Shown here piece by piece: positions 53,801 to 64,000 of a DNA stretch of 64,000 bases. Origin of the DNA: Balanoglossus misakiensis (taxonomy: Eukaryota; Animalia; Hemichordata); contig CM082582.2 in assembly GCA_040954595.2 (NCBI GenBank), positions 11,962,415 to 12,026,414 on the forward strand, given 5' to 3'. Position numbers and translations under genes: made by a program. The notes below the pieces were generated by a model. The model did no database searches. It was not told the origin of the DNA and was given only the letters and a program-made list of their open reading frames with translations. Within the stretch, counting starts at the first letter, position 1. Each line of letters opens with the position of its first letter.

Positions 53801-56800
53801 GATGTACAGACACACAGACATGGACAGACAGACAAACAGACAGAGCCCAATCCATTAGTCCCCTCCTAAGGACTTCATCCACAGGGACTTCATCATTGCT
53901 TTGTTGATACTGCTGCTCATGAGAATGATTGATGGTGACAGATGAAGATAGCATTTTGTGATCATGGAGACGGTTGCTGTGATGAAGACCAGTGCGTTCG
54001 TGATGCAGATAATTGTGGTGACGATGAGGATACTGATAATGGACTGATCATTGTTATGGTGACGAGGAAGATAAAGATGGAAATGATGCAGATGATGATG
54101 ATGGTGATGACGATAATGCCAGGAGGGATTTCATAAAATGCAAATACTTGAGACTATCACTAGCCAATGTTGTGATAAAAACCCATACAACGAATGATTC
54201 ATAAATCAATTTCAAGAGCTGCATAAAAAAAAAACTTACATAAAATCATTATCAATTTTATGAGAGCCACTTGCCATGGCTTTGAATTCTACCCCTTCAA
54301 GGTCAATGTCCTCTGGTTGACACCATTCAATGATATTCCCTGCAAAGAAACACATAATGTATGATTTAGAATCAAGAATGCCTCCTTTGAGCCCTTTTAT
54401 AAATGCACCTGCTATCATCCATACTGTCATTCCACATAGACCAAGTTCCTGAAAGTCCATTGAAAACACATTCACTGGTACATGTCTTGAATATTAAAAA
54501 GAAATGGATGATTTTTAAAAATGTCTGTACATTTCAAGAATGATATCCCTTCCCTAAGGAACTGAATTTTACATTACATTTTTTCTCCCATACTGATTTT
54601 GGGTTTTGATTTCATTCAAGCTCCTTGCTTAAGGAAACAATTTTCTAATGCATTATACAGGGCCCGGCCTTCATGCAACTTGTTCAATAGTACAGCATTC
54701 TGGAATGCCGCAAAACATATTCTACAATCTATATTCCCTAATCACCACAGATTGAGGTCAATTCTACACAAATTTACATTGTAATTGGCCAACAAAATGT
54801 TCTTTTAACCAGATTATAGGAGCTTACTATTGGATAAGCTTGCTACATGTATCAAAGGAGTACAGATTCAAAACATGCCTTGATTTTAACTATAAAGGTA
54901 CTACATGTTGACATAGACTAAATAAAGAGGTACAAATTTCTTTGATTATTTTGTTCTTGTCAAATATTTACTTAGTATCTTGTGAAAAGTACGAATTTGT
55001 AGCTTGAAATTTCTCGATGCTAGTTCCTCTGAGATTTGTCTGTTCTCTTGCTCCAGCTATAAATAGCCACGCTCTGGGAGACTATGTCTGATGGAAAATA
55101 ATGCCTGCGGTTTTTTACTACATAGTTAGTAGTGAGTGTGTGTATGATATGTCATGAAACTATACATGTATAACACAGACAGCTGGTTCACAGTTTGATC
55201 ACACACAACCATCATTTGAATAAATAGCATTAAGTCTACAGTTGTCTGTGTTGCTCTTGAAAATACAGTACTAGTGGTCCAATCATTTTCCATCACAAAC
55301 TGGAAAAAAATCTCACTCAACAGTCCATAAGCAATTTAGAAGCTACATTTCACACAAACTGAGTATTTTTGAATCCATTCATGGAGTCAAAATCTCTGAT
55401 ACCAATCCCCAGAGGCATTTTTCAAACCACTGTTGTTGAACAAATGTCTTGTTTTTGCTTTCTGCGACAATTTCCCTTCAGTTGGTGTTCTTGCCACAAG
55501 CGACGGGTTGGCAGAGTCTGAATCGTGATAAGTCAAAATTTGGTTTATCTTTGCCGCGATGGTGTGTGGGTGTGAACATTTCTAGCACGAAGCATTTGCT
55601 TTTTCCATTTCTGATTTTTGCTGATGGATAGACAGAAGGGAATAGAAAACACCGAAGCAGGTGGTCTTATTAAAAAGACACTATCTGTATCTTTTGGCTT
55701 TTTTCAACAATTTCTTGTTTTACTTCTTACAGTACGTTAGATTGCCCACTATTGAAAATTGTAAAACCACAAAATGTTCCTTTTTTCATGCATATTGTGT
55801 CAAATTATATCTAAAAGTCTCCACACATTTTCACAGTTTAGTAGCCGGAATAATCATGATTTCAGTGCCACATTCAAACCCTTACTCTCAGTTTATTACT
55901 TTTATATCCCGGGCGATAAAACCTGAATGTCTTCAGCCATAAAATTGCACATTTTGCGTTTGCGGGTGAGCGAATCAGGCTCTGTGATCAGGGTCACAGG
56001 AATATTTTACGAATGTTCGACACGTCTGCAGTAGTAGCAAAAATGTGACTGGGTATTTTTTATGAAAGTGCCGACTGAGTGAATTATTGCAGATGAAGAA
56101 AGGGAGTTTGAGATTGATTGTTCGAGCATGAACATCTTGACTCACATGATGTGATGCGGTCTCTTCCTTAAAATCCCACAATTATTGAACGGCATAGTCC
56201 ACTTGTATAAGTGCATGCTCTGATATACATGTAAATATTAAGAACCTGTCACAGATTATATAACACATTCGTCATTGCACACTTGGTGATTAGCACAGTC
56301 GTGAGCTGAACTACGTACACCTCTGAAATATGACGTAAAATATGACATTTTACCAGACTATTAATGAAATGTGCAGCTATCTCTCGGGACTTCATGGAGG
56401 TTTTAATTGGTCTGGCGTTATCAGCTCAATCATGGTTGTAAAAGGCATTTCCAGTGACAATTACTGCAAATGTGAGTTTCCTTTTTACAAAAAATGGTAA
56501 AATTGATAAAAACCTGTTTCCAGCAGACTCTGTTCAAATCTAGCCTACCAGTATATATGATTAAATGTTGGTTTCGAACTCATGCTCTATTACCTGTTTT
56601 CATTCATATTTTTCATCAAGAATTGTAGAAAGATGCTGGCATAGAGATTACATAAAACAACGCGACATAAAACAACGCGACAGTCAGCTGCAATGATCAT
56701 GTATGCAGGAGGCACATGTAATGATGTATAAAGCTGTCGCGATAGTTTTGAGGTAATCTCATTTTAATCTCCCTCTCTCCCTTCCCCCCTCTCAATCCTC

Positions 56801-59800
56801 TGTCTTTCTGTTTGACTCTCTGTCTCCTCATAATTACCAGGTTTCTGGGGATGACTTGAAATGAACAAAAAGATTGACAGATACACATGTAAATGTGTTC
56901 ATGTATTCACAGACTGAAGGTCATCCTGGGACATAAATAATCCAGACTTCTCTGAGACACCTTCGAACTGAATGTCTCACTGAACCCTGTAAATCCTGCA
57001 CTCAATGCTCTACACTTGTCTGCTGTGCTGTCTCCCTTCACCCCTATTATCACACTACTTTGGATTATCCCTGTAGTTTACAGCAGTGAGGTGAGACTAA
57101 ACTATAAGGCAATGGGGGATGACAGCCATGGGTGACAGCTGGCAACAGTGTATGGATGGCATAATATTTTAACTCAATACATCACTATGTACACATGTGG
57201 CCTGGTGTGTCTCTTACATAGTGTACATCCAAATGCAATAATAATTGTTCTCAAATTTATCATTGAAATCCAAGATAAGTGAACTTTAATGTATGTAAAT
57301 AAGTAATTCAGTTAACTGTGGAATACATCAACTGTAGTATGTGATTAAATTACAGCGATATTATACTCAGAAAATTGAAGTCCTTATCCTGTTTTTTCTT
57401 CAAATATATAACTTGGAGATAAACATGACAGCAGAATAGCTCAGTACAGCCCAGGAGTATGGAAATATAGAAAACATGGAATTAAGCTGCTACAATTCAA
57501 TGCTAAACTCACAGTTCCCGGGGGAAATGTGTTACCTGCAGTATTCATTTGAACGGCAACTCTATTAAAGATGGGGGCCACGGGGTTAGGTTGATGCCAT
57601 ACATTTTCCAGGAGAAGAGACGAGATGAGGAAAATGTGAATGCTGAGGTGATACTCTCAGCACACCACCAGTACATGTATAAGTGGAAACTTGCTTGTCA
57701 ATTTCGTTTGACGGGTTTGATGAGCTGGCAATATCACACATAAATTGTGTATTTTGCTGAATTGCACTCTGCCTTATAATTACTAAACACACAGTTTACA
57801 CATACCCTCTCATCGAACTACATGCATTGTGAAGTCATAAAAGACTAAATGCAGTTTGTAGCCGTGTCACAAAAGGTCAAAAAGCCAATCTCACACTAAC
57901 AATACATCTCGCTCTCTTTCCAATCAACAACTTCACAATCAAACCCAGCATTTCCCTGTGATTAGTGGGACATCTGACCTTTTCGCTTTTTCTCATCTTT
58001 CTTGTCGATGACGACGTTTTATTCAAATCACTGTCAGCATCACTTCAACTAGGATTACAGCTCTAGGCGTTATATATTGATTCTTTTTGTCTAGCGGAGT
58101 TGATCAAGATTTGGCGAGAATCTCCCAAACTTGATAAACACGTATGAGCACATGTATGATGTGGTACATGGATCTTGTCTACTTTGAACACATCTGGATG
58201 TTTTTACTAAAAGATTCTTCGTGTACAGCACTGAAGCTGGAAAACATACATAAAAAGAACACAATCATAAATGCAAGCAGCGATGAGTATTGAATATAAC
58301 CAGCATGATATCATACCACTCACTGGAAACTGTCTAACAACCCAGACAGCCACATTATGTGATGCTGGGAGAGAAAACGGAACCACAAACCAGCACGTCG
58401 TTTTCATGATTGTAAAGAACCCTTGTGTGAAAGTGAGAGCCATCAAGAAAACCCCAAAGCTCCAGCAGCGACTACGGAGAAAAAAAAATCACCTGCCCTT
58501 TCAGTATAATAGACGCCACAATAGGAGGTAGTCTACAGCTCACGTTTAGCTTGCCAATAAATGGTGTGCTCTATACGGCAGGAAAAATTTACCTGCCATG
58601 TTTCAGCAGGTCACTAAACATCCTGCAGACATTTGAGGTTGAAGAGCATCTCTCGCATACAGATTCTAAGCTCATTAAAGAATCTGCAACTACTGGTATA
58701 ATATACCGGGTCTTTCCTTAAAAGACTTAATACACTAAGAAAGTTAGAGACATGAAAAAAATAACAGTTTTTTTTTATTAAAACACTCAATGAAATGCTG
58801 TGTCATGGTAATAATTGAATTAGTCAATTAACTCACAAAGGTACAACCGCCATGGTAAAATGTAGGTCAAAACACTAATGTACTGGTACATGTCTATTGG
58901 CTGTCAATTTTACCGTAAATTACACCTCTTGTTTGACCCTTGTGTGACTGCATTAATGTTCAAAAATATCATGTCTGCTTGTACATGTAGTCCATGGCGT
59001 AGATCTTCATCTCCTCCATGTCTCTCTGTTCCTCTGTTACACTGTCTCTTGCTCTCTCTGTCTAGATGTCTTTCTCTCTCTCTCTGACTCCTCAAGAGCT
59101 TCTGGATCCATCCATTATTTCTTTTTTTAGCTGACTGCATGTATGTCTATCCTATTTCACTTGTTCTTGACAATGTCAATAATGAACCATTTGTCAAGTA
59201 CAATAGTCAAGCAATAAATATGAGTTAGAGCTGGAGTGACCCATTTTCAAAGGTTGAGCGTGTAATGATGCAGGTACAGCTTTGCGTATTAAAGAAATAT
59301 GCTTCGATGACTCATGTTTCAATTGAACAAAGATGACTGAAAAATGTTGTATGTAATTTTCAGCATATCACATTTGAAAATGACTATTGAACAAACAATG
59401 GAAAATACAACTGACTGATCTCCAGGCATTGTGATCCCAAATAATGTTTAATATCCTACTAGGTATAAATAATTCATTTCTTGATTGAAGAAATTTAACA
59501 TATTTATTGACAGTAGTTTGATGTAATCAAAGGTGTGAGTTGCTGATTTTTGATATTCTGTATGTCCTATTAATACACTCATAACACACACATTTGTGAA
59601 TCTGTTACCATGGTGACTGGCTCCATGACAACTCACCCTCACTGAGCAAAGGATCTATTTTTGTGGCTTAATGTCGACAACAATGTTGTCACACATCTTT
59701 AGGATTGATCTATCAACAAATGAAACAGACACACTTGTGAAAGAGAGACGGCCAAGTGCCCCATCCGTTGCCATGGAGATCTCTTCCCTTCCAGCTGTGA

Positions 59801-61291
59801 TAGGCCGACTTCGTTCACCAAGGACTAAAGGAGGCCAGGTATACCCACTGATTAGAAAATTGTAACAAGACTTTTTTATATACATCCTGTCACGACTAGC
59901 TGTCAAAACACGGTAAAGCTCACAATTCTCCAACATGTGGCATGTATTGATTCACGTGGGAAAGCTACGCATGCATATTGCAACCTCAGCTTTTAATGTA
60001 GTCAATATACTCAACACAAATGGTGCCTCTATGATTTTAATACTAAAATAGCTCACCGGCGCCATAAAATTACTTCCTGATTTGGTATTCAAAATCTGTT
60101 TACATTCTTCATATCGGAACTCTCAACTGAAAGGGAAAGCATTTCTCTCTAAGAGGCAAGTACTTTCCTCGAGTGTTTACGCCCGGTTCTTGACATTTAT
60201 GTAACATTTCTCTTACATTTAAAACATAATTTACTTTCAGTTGTCTTTATTTAAAATTCTTATCACATACATCTTTCTTTGGTTAAGGGATGGTGGTTAA
60301 AATGTTCACCCATTACAGGAACACAATCATGTGAATCTCAATCATTAGAATAAATTAAATTGTTAATTTAACAGTTTAATTTATTCCAAGTAATAATATG
60401 CCAACACCTTAATTGCCTTATGCCTGGAAACAAAAGATCCGCTGTGCCCTTTTAAACAATACATATTCTACAAGAAGTGAGACAATCAATGATAGACCAA
60501 TACTAATATTTCAAAAGCCTGTGGGTCTCTCTGCCAAAAAAAATAGATTGCATTAATGACAAGCAGTGGAAAAATTGACAGGTGGTAAAAATTAAAATTA
60601 ATGATTAACACTATCAAATGACAACATCTGTCAAGTCCAGTAGCACAACAAAGAAATACAAGGACATTTTTATGATTTTACATGAACCAGAATATTTTAA
60701 CTTTTTTAATGCGATGAGAAATTTACTTTAAAAATAACATCGCTCTCAAGCTTGGTAAAAAACAGCGTAACGATGCAAAATATTTTTGTGTTATAAATAT
60801 TGACCTCAATGAAAAATTTGTTATTGTTATCAATAAAGCTACACGTGTCGCGAATTAGCGATCATTGTGCTTACGCGTCTGGCAGCCGCAGTCGGGGATG
60901 GTCATGTTACGCAGAGGCACTATGATGACATGGCAACCGTTAGCGTCTGATCGCGTATCGTTGACAACTGATGAGACTAGGAAATAATAATATTGATTTC
61001 TCTTTTTAATCAGGCCAATTCAACGTAAGCCTACCTACCCGATCTCGTATCAAAAGCGACTACAAAGATCGCAACGATATGATCCTGTTCAGTCAGATCG
61101 CATACTGAGTTACTGGCGCTGATGTTGATCGTGTCATCTTGATCGTTTTGTCCCGTCGCGACAGTCGGTACAGCAAGCCCTGCCTCCTGCATATACAGTT
61201 CCTTAATTTTTTCTCGGGGATCATGATATTCGTTTGGTGGTTCTTCCTCTATATTCACTAGGAGTGGGGCTTTATCGGTAGTATCCGCCAT
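50895..61291 (-). CDS. DENND11: DENN domain-containing protein 11 (LCHN/KIAA1147), with a 6.7-kb first intron
   Basis: [14 protein letters not shown]|[105 protein letters not shown]. Confidence 0.95.
53808..54120. repeat. Degenerate (GACA)n and (GAT)n low-complexity tracts in a DENND11 intron
   Basis: cagacacacagacatggacagacagacaaacagacaga near 53808-53843; gatgatgatgatggtgatgacgataat and similar triplets at 53920-54120. Confidence 0.7.
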
Positions 61292-61561
61292 CTTTCAGTA
61301 GTCGATTTCAAGTGACTCTCTTCTGTATGTACTGATTATACGCTTTAGGATGACCTTTGACCGCGTTTTCGAGCTGGAGGGCGCGCTTCCTTGAATGGGA
61401 CGCTGTCGCTGAGCAACTGCAGCAGTGTATGAGAAGTGGCTAAACTCTGCACTGTCATACCTATTGCAGGATCGGATGGCATCCGTGATAGCGTGAAAGT
61501 CCTTCTTCAGTTCAGACCAACTTCTGAGGTTAGTGGTCGCACTGACCGTTATTCAGGCACG

Positions 61562-62701
61562 ATGGACCCTTCTCAGTTCGAATTACAACCTCAGATCCAC
61601 TGGGGGCTTGACCCTATGTTCTGTTCATACACCAAAATGTACATCAAAGATCTCCTGGAAATGCCAGAATTCCCGGAGCATCCGGGTGCCTACACCTACA
61701 AAAATCACCCCGTTTGGAAAGTTGATATCATGGGGGTCATTGTCAAGGTGGCCGAGAAGTCCGCCTTGTTTCACTACTCTATTGATGATGGCACTGGTGT
61801 TATTGTGTGTTGCTGTTGGAAACCAAGTGAGCTTCAAAAGCAAGATGGGGAAGATGGAGGTTACAGAACTGGAACCAGAGAACCGGCCACATCATTAGGC
61901 ATCCTGCAGGAACTTGAACATTTGGCAGACGAAAGCAAACGCGAGAAGATGCAGAAGTTGAAGATGGGAGACTTCCTCCACGTCCGCGGACGAATAAAAA
62001 GTTTCTATGAACAAAAGGAGATCAGTGCAACATATTTTGCCAGGATTGAGGACGAAGGATTGCAGATTGAAATGCTCAGGATGTTAGAACTGCCGAGACT
62101 CTACAGATTCTTGTATGACAAACCGTTCACCTTGCCAGCCAAACTGGCCGAGGAAATCAACAGGATCAGGGAAGAGCAGAGAACGGGGCTCAAGTTTGAA
62201 GTCACCCTTGTCAAGGAACTGAGCAGCAAGTTGCAAGACTGCTTGAAACAGAAAGGCATCAAAGAATTCGAGCTGAAAGATTTACAGACCATTCCTGAAT
62301 TGATGGACATCGCAGGAATGCCTTGTAAGGAGTTCCAGACAGAGGGCACATCGGTTGTTGAGGCGTCGGCCAAACAAATCCATTCCGTGTTCAAGAAAAC
62401 AGTGGAAGGCATGGAAGAGACCGGACATCTTTTCAGGAAAGAAGGATCGGAGGCTACAATGTTTGCCTTTTGCGATGCCGAAGGCTTGGAAGAGACAGTT
62501 TGTGAGATCCTGGTGAGAGACAGCCAAAAACCAGAGTTTGCAGAGAGAGGCTGCCATTATATGCACATAGTAGATTGCCTTCACAAGTCAGAGCAGTTCA
62601 GAAAGATCAATATCGCCACTTTGCTTCAGGTGTTGGACAACCTGGAAAGTCAGAGTAGAATTATCAGTTGTACTCAGGAACACTACATAGCATTTTCTTG
62701 A
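61562..62701 (+). CDS. STN1: CST complex subunit STN1 (OBFC1), single coding exon
   Basis: WGLDPMFCSYTKMYIKDL, YKNHPVWKVDIMGVIV, YSIDDGTGVIVCCCWK, GDFLHVRGRI, LELPRLYRFLYDKPF, ERGCHYMHI, LESQSRIIS; first in-frame ATG at 61562. Confidence 0.94.
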   Translation: MDPSQFELQPQIHWGLDPMFCSYTKMYIKDLLEMPEFPEHPGAYTYKNHPVWKVDIMGVIVKVAEKSALFHYSIDDGTGVIVCCCWKPSELQKQDGEDGGYRTGTREPATSLGILQELEHLADESKREKMQKLKMGDFLHVRGRIKSFYEQKEISATYFARIEDEGLQIEMLRMLELPRLYRFLYDKPFTLPAKLAEEINRIREEQRTGLKFEVTLVKELSSKLQDCLKQKGIKEFELKDLQTIPELMDIAGMPCKEFQTEGTSVVEASAKQIHSVFKKTVEGMEETGHLFRKEGSEATMFAFCDAEGLEETVCEILVRDSQKPEFAERGCHYMHIVDCLHKSEQFRKINIATLLQVLDNLESQSRIISCTQEHYIAFS

Positions 62702-63072
62702 ACTTGAGTCTTGAGATCCTCCAGTGTCATATTGTTTTATTTACTAAAAGACTCTCTATGATTGTATGCTTTCAGCTTTAGAACAACACAATGCTCTGTT
62801 GCTTCAACAAAGTTTTTGCCATTTTATATGTACACCGACTTTTCTTTGATTTCAGAACTCTTGGTGGCGCTATTACAACAGTGATGTAAATAACAAAGGC
62901 AAACATGTTTTATAGATAATTGCAGTCCTTTATTTTTCATTATCAAATCAATATATCAAAATAAATTACGCTAGATGGTCAACAATATTCCATATCAGCC
63001 CCTCCCCCCAACGTAATAATGAATCGTTCCTTAAACATGATCTGTTTCTATTTTCATTCTACAAGTTCATTG

Positions 63073-64000
63073 TTACTTTTCAACCAAGAACTGTCTGTAG
63101 AGAACTTCATCCTCCTTGGATTTGAAGCAGGGTACAAAGTTGACTTTTACAATTTCGGTAAATCCTTCAGCCAGGTCGGGTTCTTCAAATTTATTTTTGT
63201 ACGAATGAAGCACCATGTCGGTGATGATGTGGTCTTTGCCAACGCCAGAGAGTTCACGATACTGGAAAGAAAAGAGATTATTGTAATTGATTATACAGAT
63301 TAATATGGGATTCTCTCAGGTCTGAAAATACCTTTAGTCATTAAGATACAATGAAAAGTCGAAATATCAAGATTAATATATTTTCATAAGGTCAGAAGTC
63401 ATCAATGAGTCCAAATGATATCAAAAAGGTCATGATGCCATCAAAAAGGCCAAAGATCAAAAGTTTATTCACTATGGCAAAATAATGCAACCTTATATTC
63501 AAACGAAGTTTTGGAAGATGAAATGCGAGGATTGCAAGTAAACTAGTCTCACTGTGAAAAGATAATGTAAGTCGTTCCAGTCACACTTCTGATTTCAAAA
63601 CTTGATACCGGTACATTGTACTTACTATTTCATTGTGTTTGGCTTGTTTCAGAGTTGTTGAGAACAGAAAACATCTACAGCCAACTTTGGCTTTCTTGGC
63701 ACAGCTGGTGTATCTGGCAATTTTCAAAACATGTAGATTTGGTTTATTAAACTAGCAGATTTAGTGAATAAAGGCATCTTCTAATTGTTGACATATTCCT
63801 GTTATAACCAGACATGTCTGAATTAAACTTTGAACCGACCTACATAGTGGGTCATGAAATCTTCGTTAGAATAAGAATTTAATGGTAGATAGTGTTGTGT
63901 ATGGTAGTGCATTCTGTTGCCATTTCTAAAATCTTTTTCTTTCCCTCCCTCTATTCCACATGGCCCCCTTACCTTTTCCGAGACTCCATATCGGGACTTG
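63073..64000 (-). CDS. PNKP: 3' exons of bifunctional polynucleotide kinase 3'-phosphatase (partial; continues beyond the window)
   Basis: Exons 63973-64000 (SPDMESRKR), 63626-63713 ([29 protein letters not shown]), 63073-63261 (YRELS...[28 protein letters not shown]); matches the recalled PNKP kinase-domain C-terminus. Confidence 0.9.

Noticed and set aside
53942-54136. 64-aa Asp/Met-rich ORF
   Set aside because: Product of a degenerate GAT repeat inside an intron.
56651-56682. 15-bp direct repeat cataaaacaacgcga, two copies
   Set aside because: Isolated slippage duplication with no associated structure.
20067-61291. Cluster of Rab regulators (TBC1D20, RABIF, DENND11)
   Set aside because: Unrelated folds about 20 kb apart with unrelated genes between them; chance is sufficient.

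Overview
Eukaryotic, AT-rich, gene-dense region with short GT-AG introns; gene content and intron positions point to a bilaterian invertebrate (inference). I see no prokaryotic features, CRISPR array or RNA gene. About 16 genes can be spliced by hand: the 3' end of an acidic PPxY protein; two DGAT1 paralogs flanking a PM20D2-like gene; TBC1D20; an intronless 3-beta-HSD; FANCA; NDUFB9; PSME3IP1; RABIF; an unusual DNA ligase; STMP1; MRPL38; DENND11; an intronless STN1; and the 3' end of PNKP. Most are arranged as head-to-head and tail-to-tail pairs. The strongest novelty candidate is a 9-exon, 536-aa minimal ATP-dependent DNA ligase (bacterial LigE/kinetoplast-ligase-like core, not LIG1/3/4) fused to two poly(ADP-ribose)-binding PBZ fingers, a bipartite NLS and a SWIM finger (41442-44497, minus). 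Also notable: a PM20D2 homolog lacking four of five metal ligands, a U12 intron with AT-AA or AT-AG ends in PSME3IP1, a precise intron difference between the DGAT1 paralogs, candidate alternative micro first exons in DENND11, and CTCF-like motifs at gene borders. All identifications rest on hand translation and recalled motifs; no searches were run.
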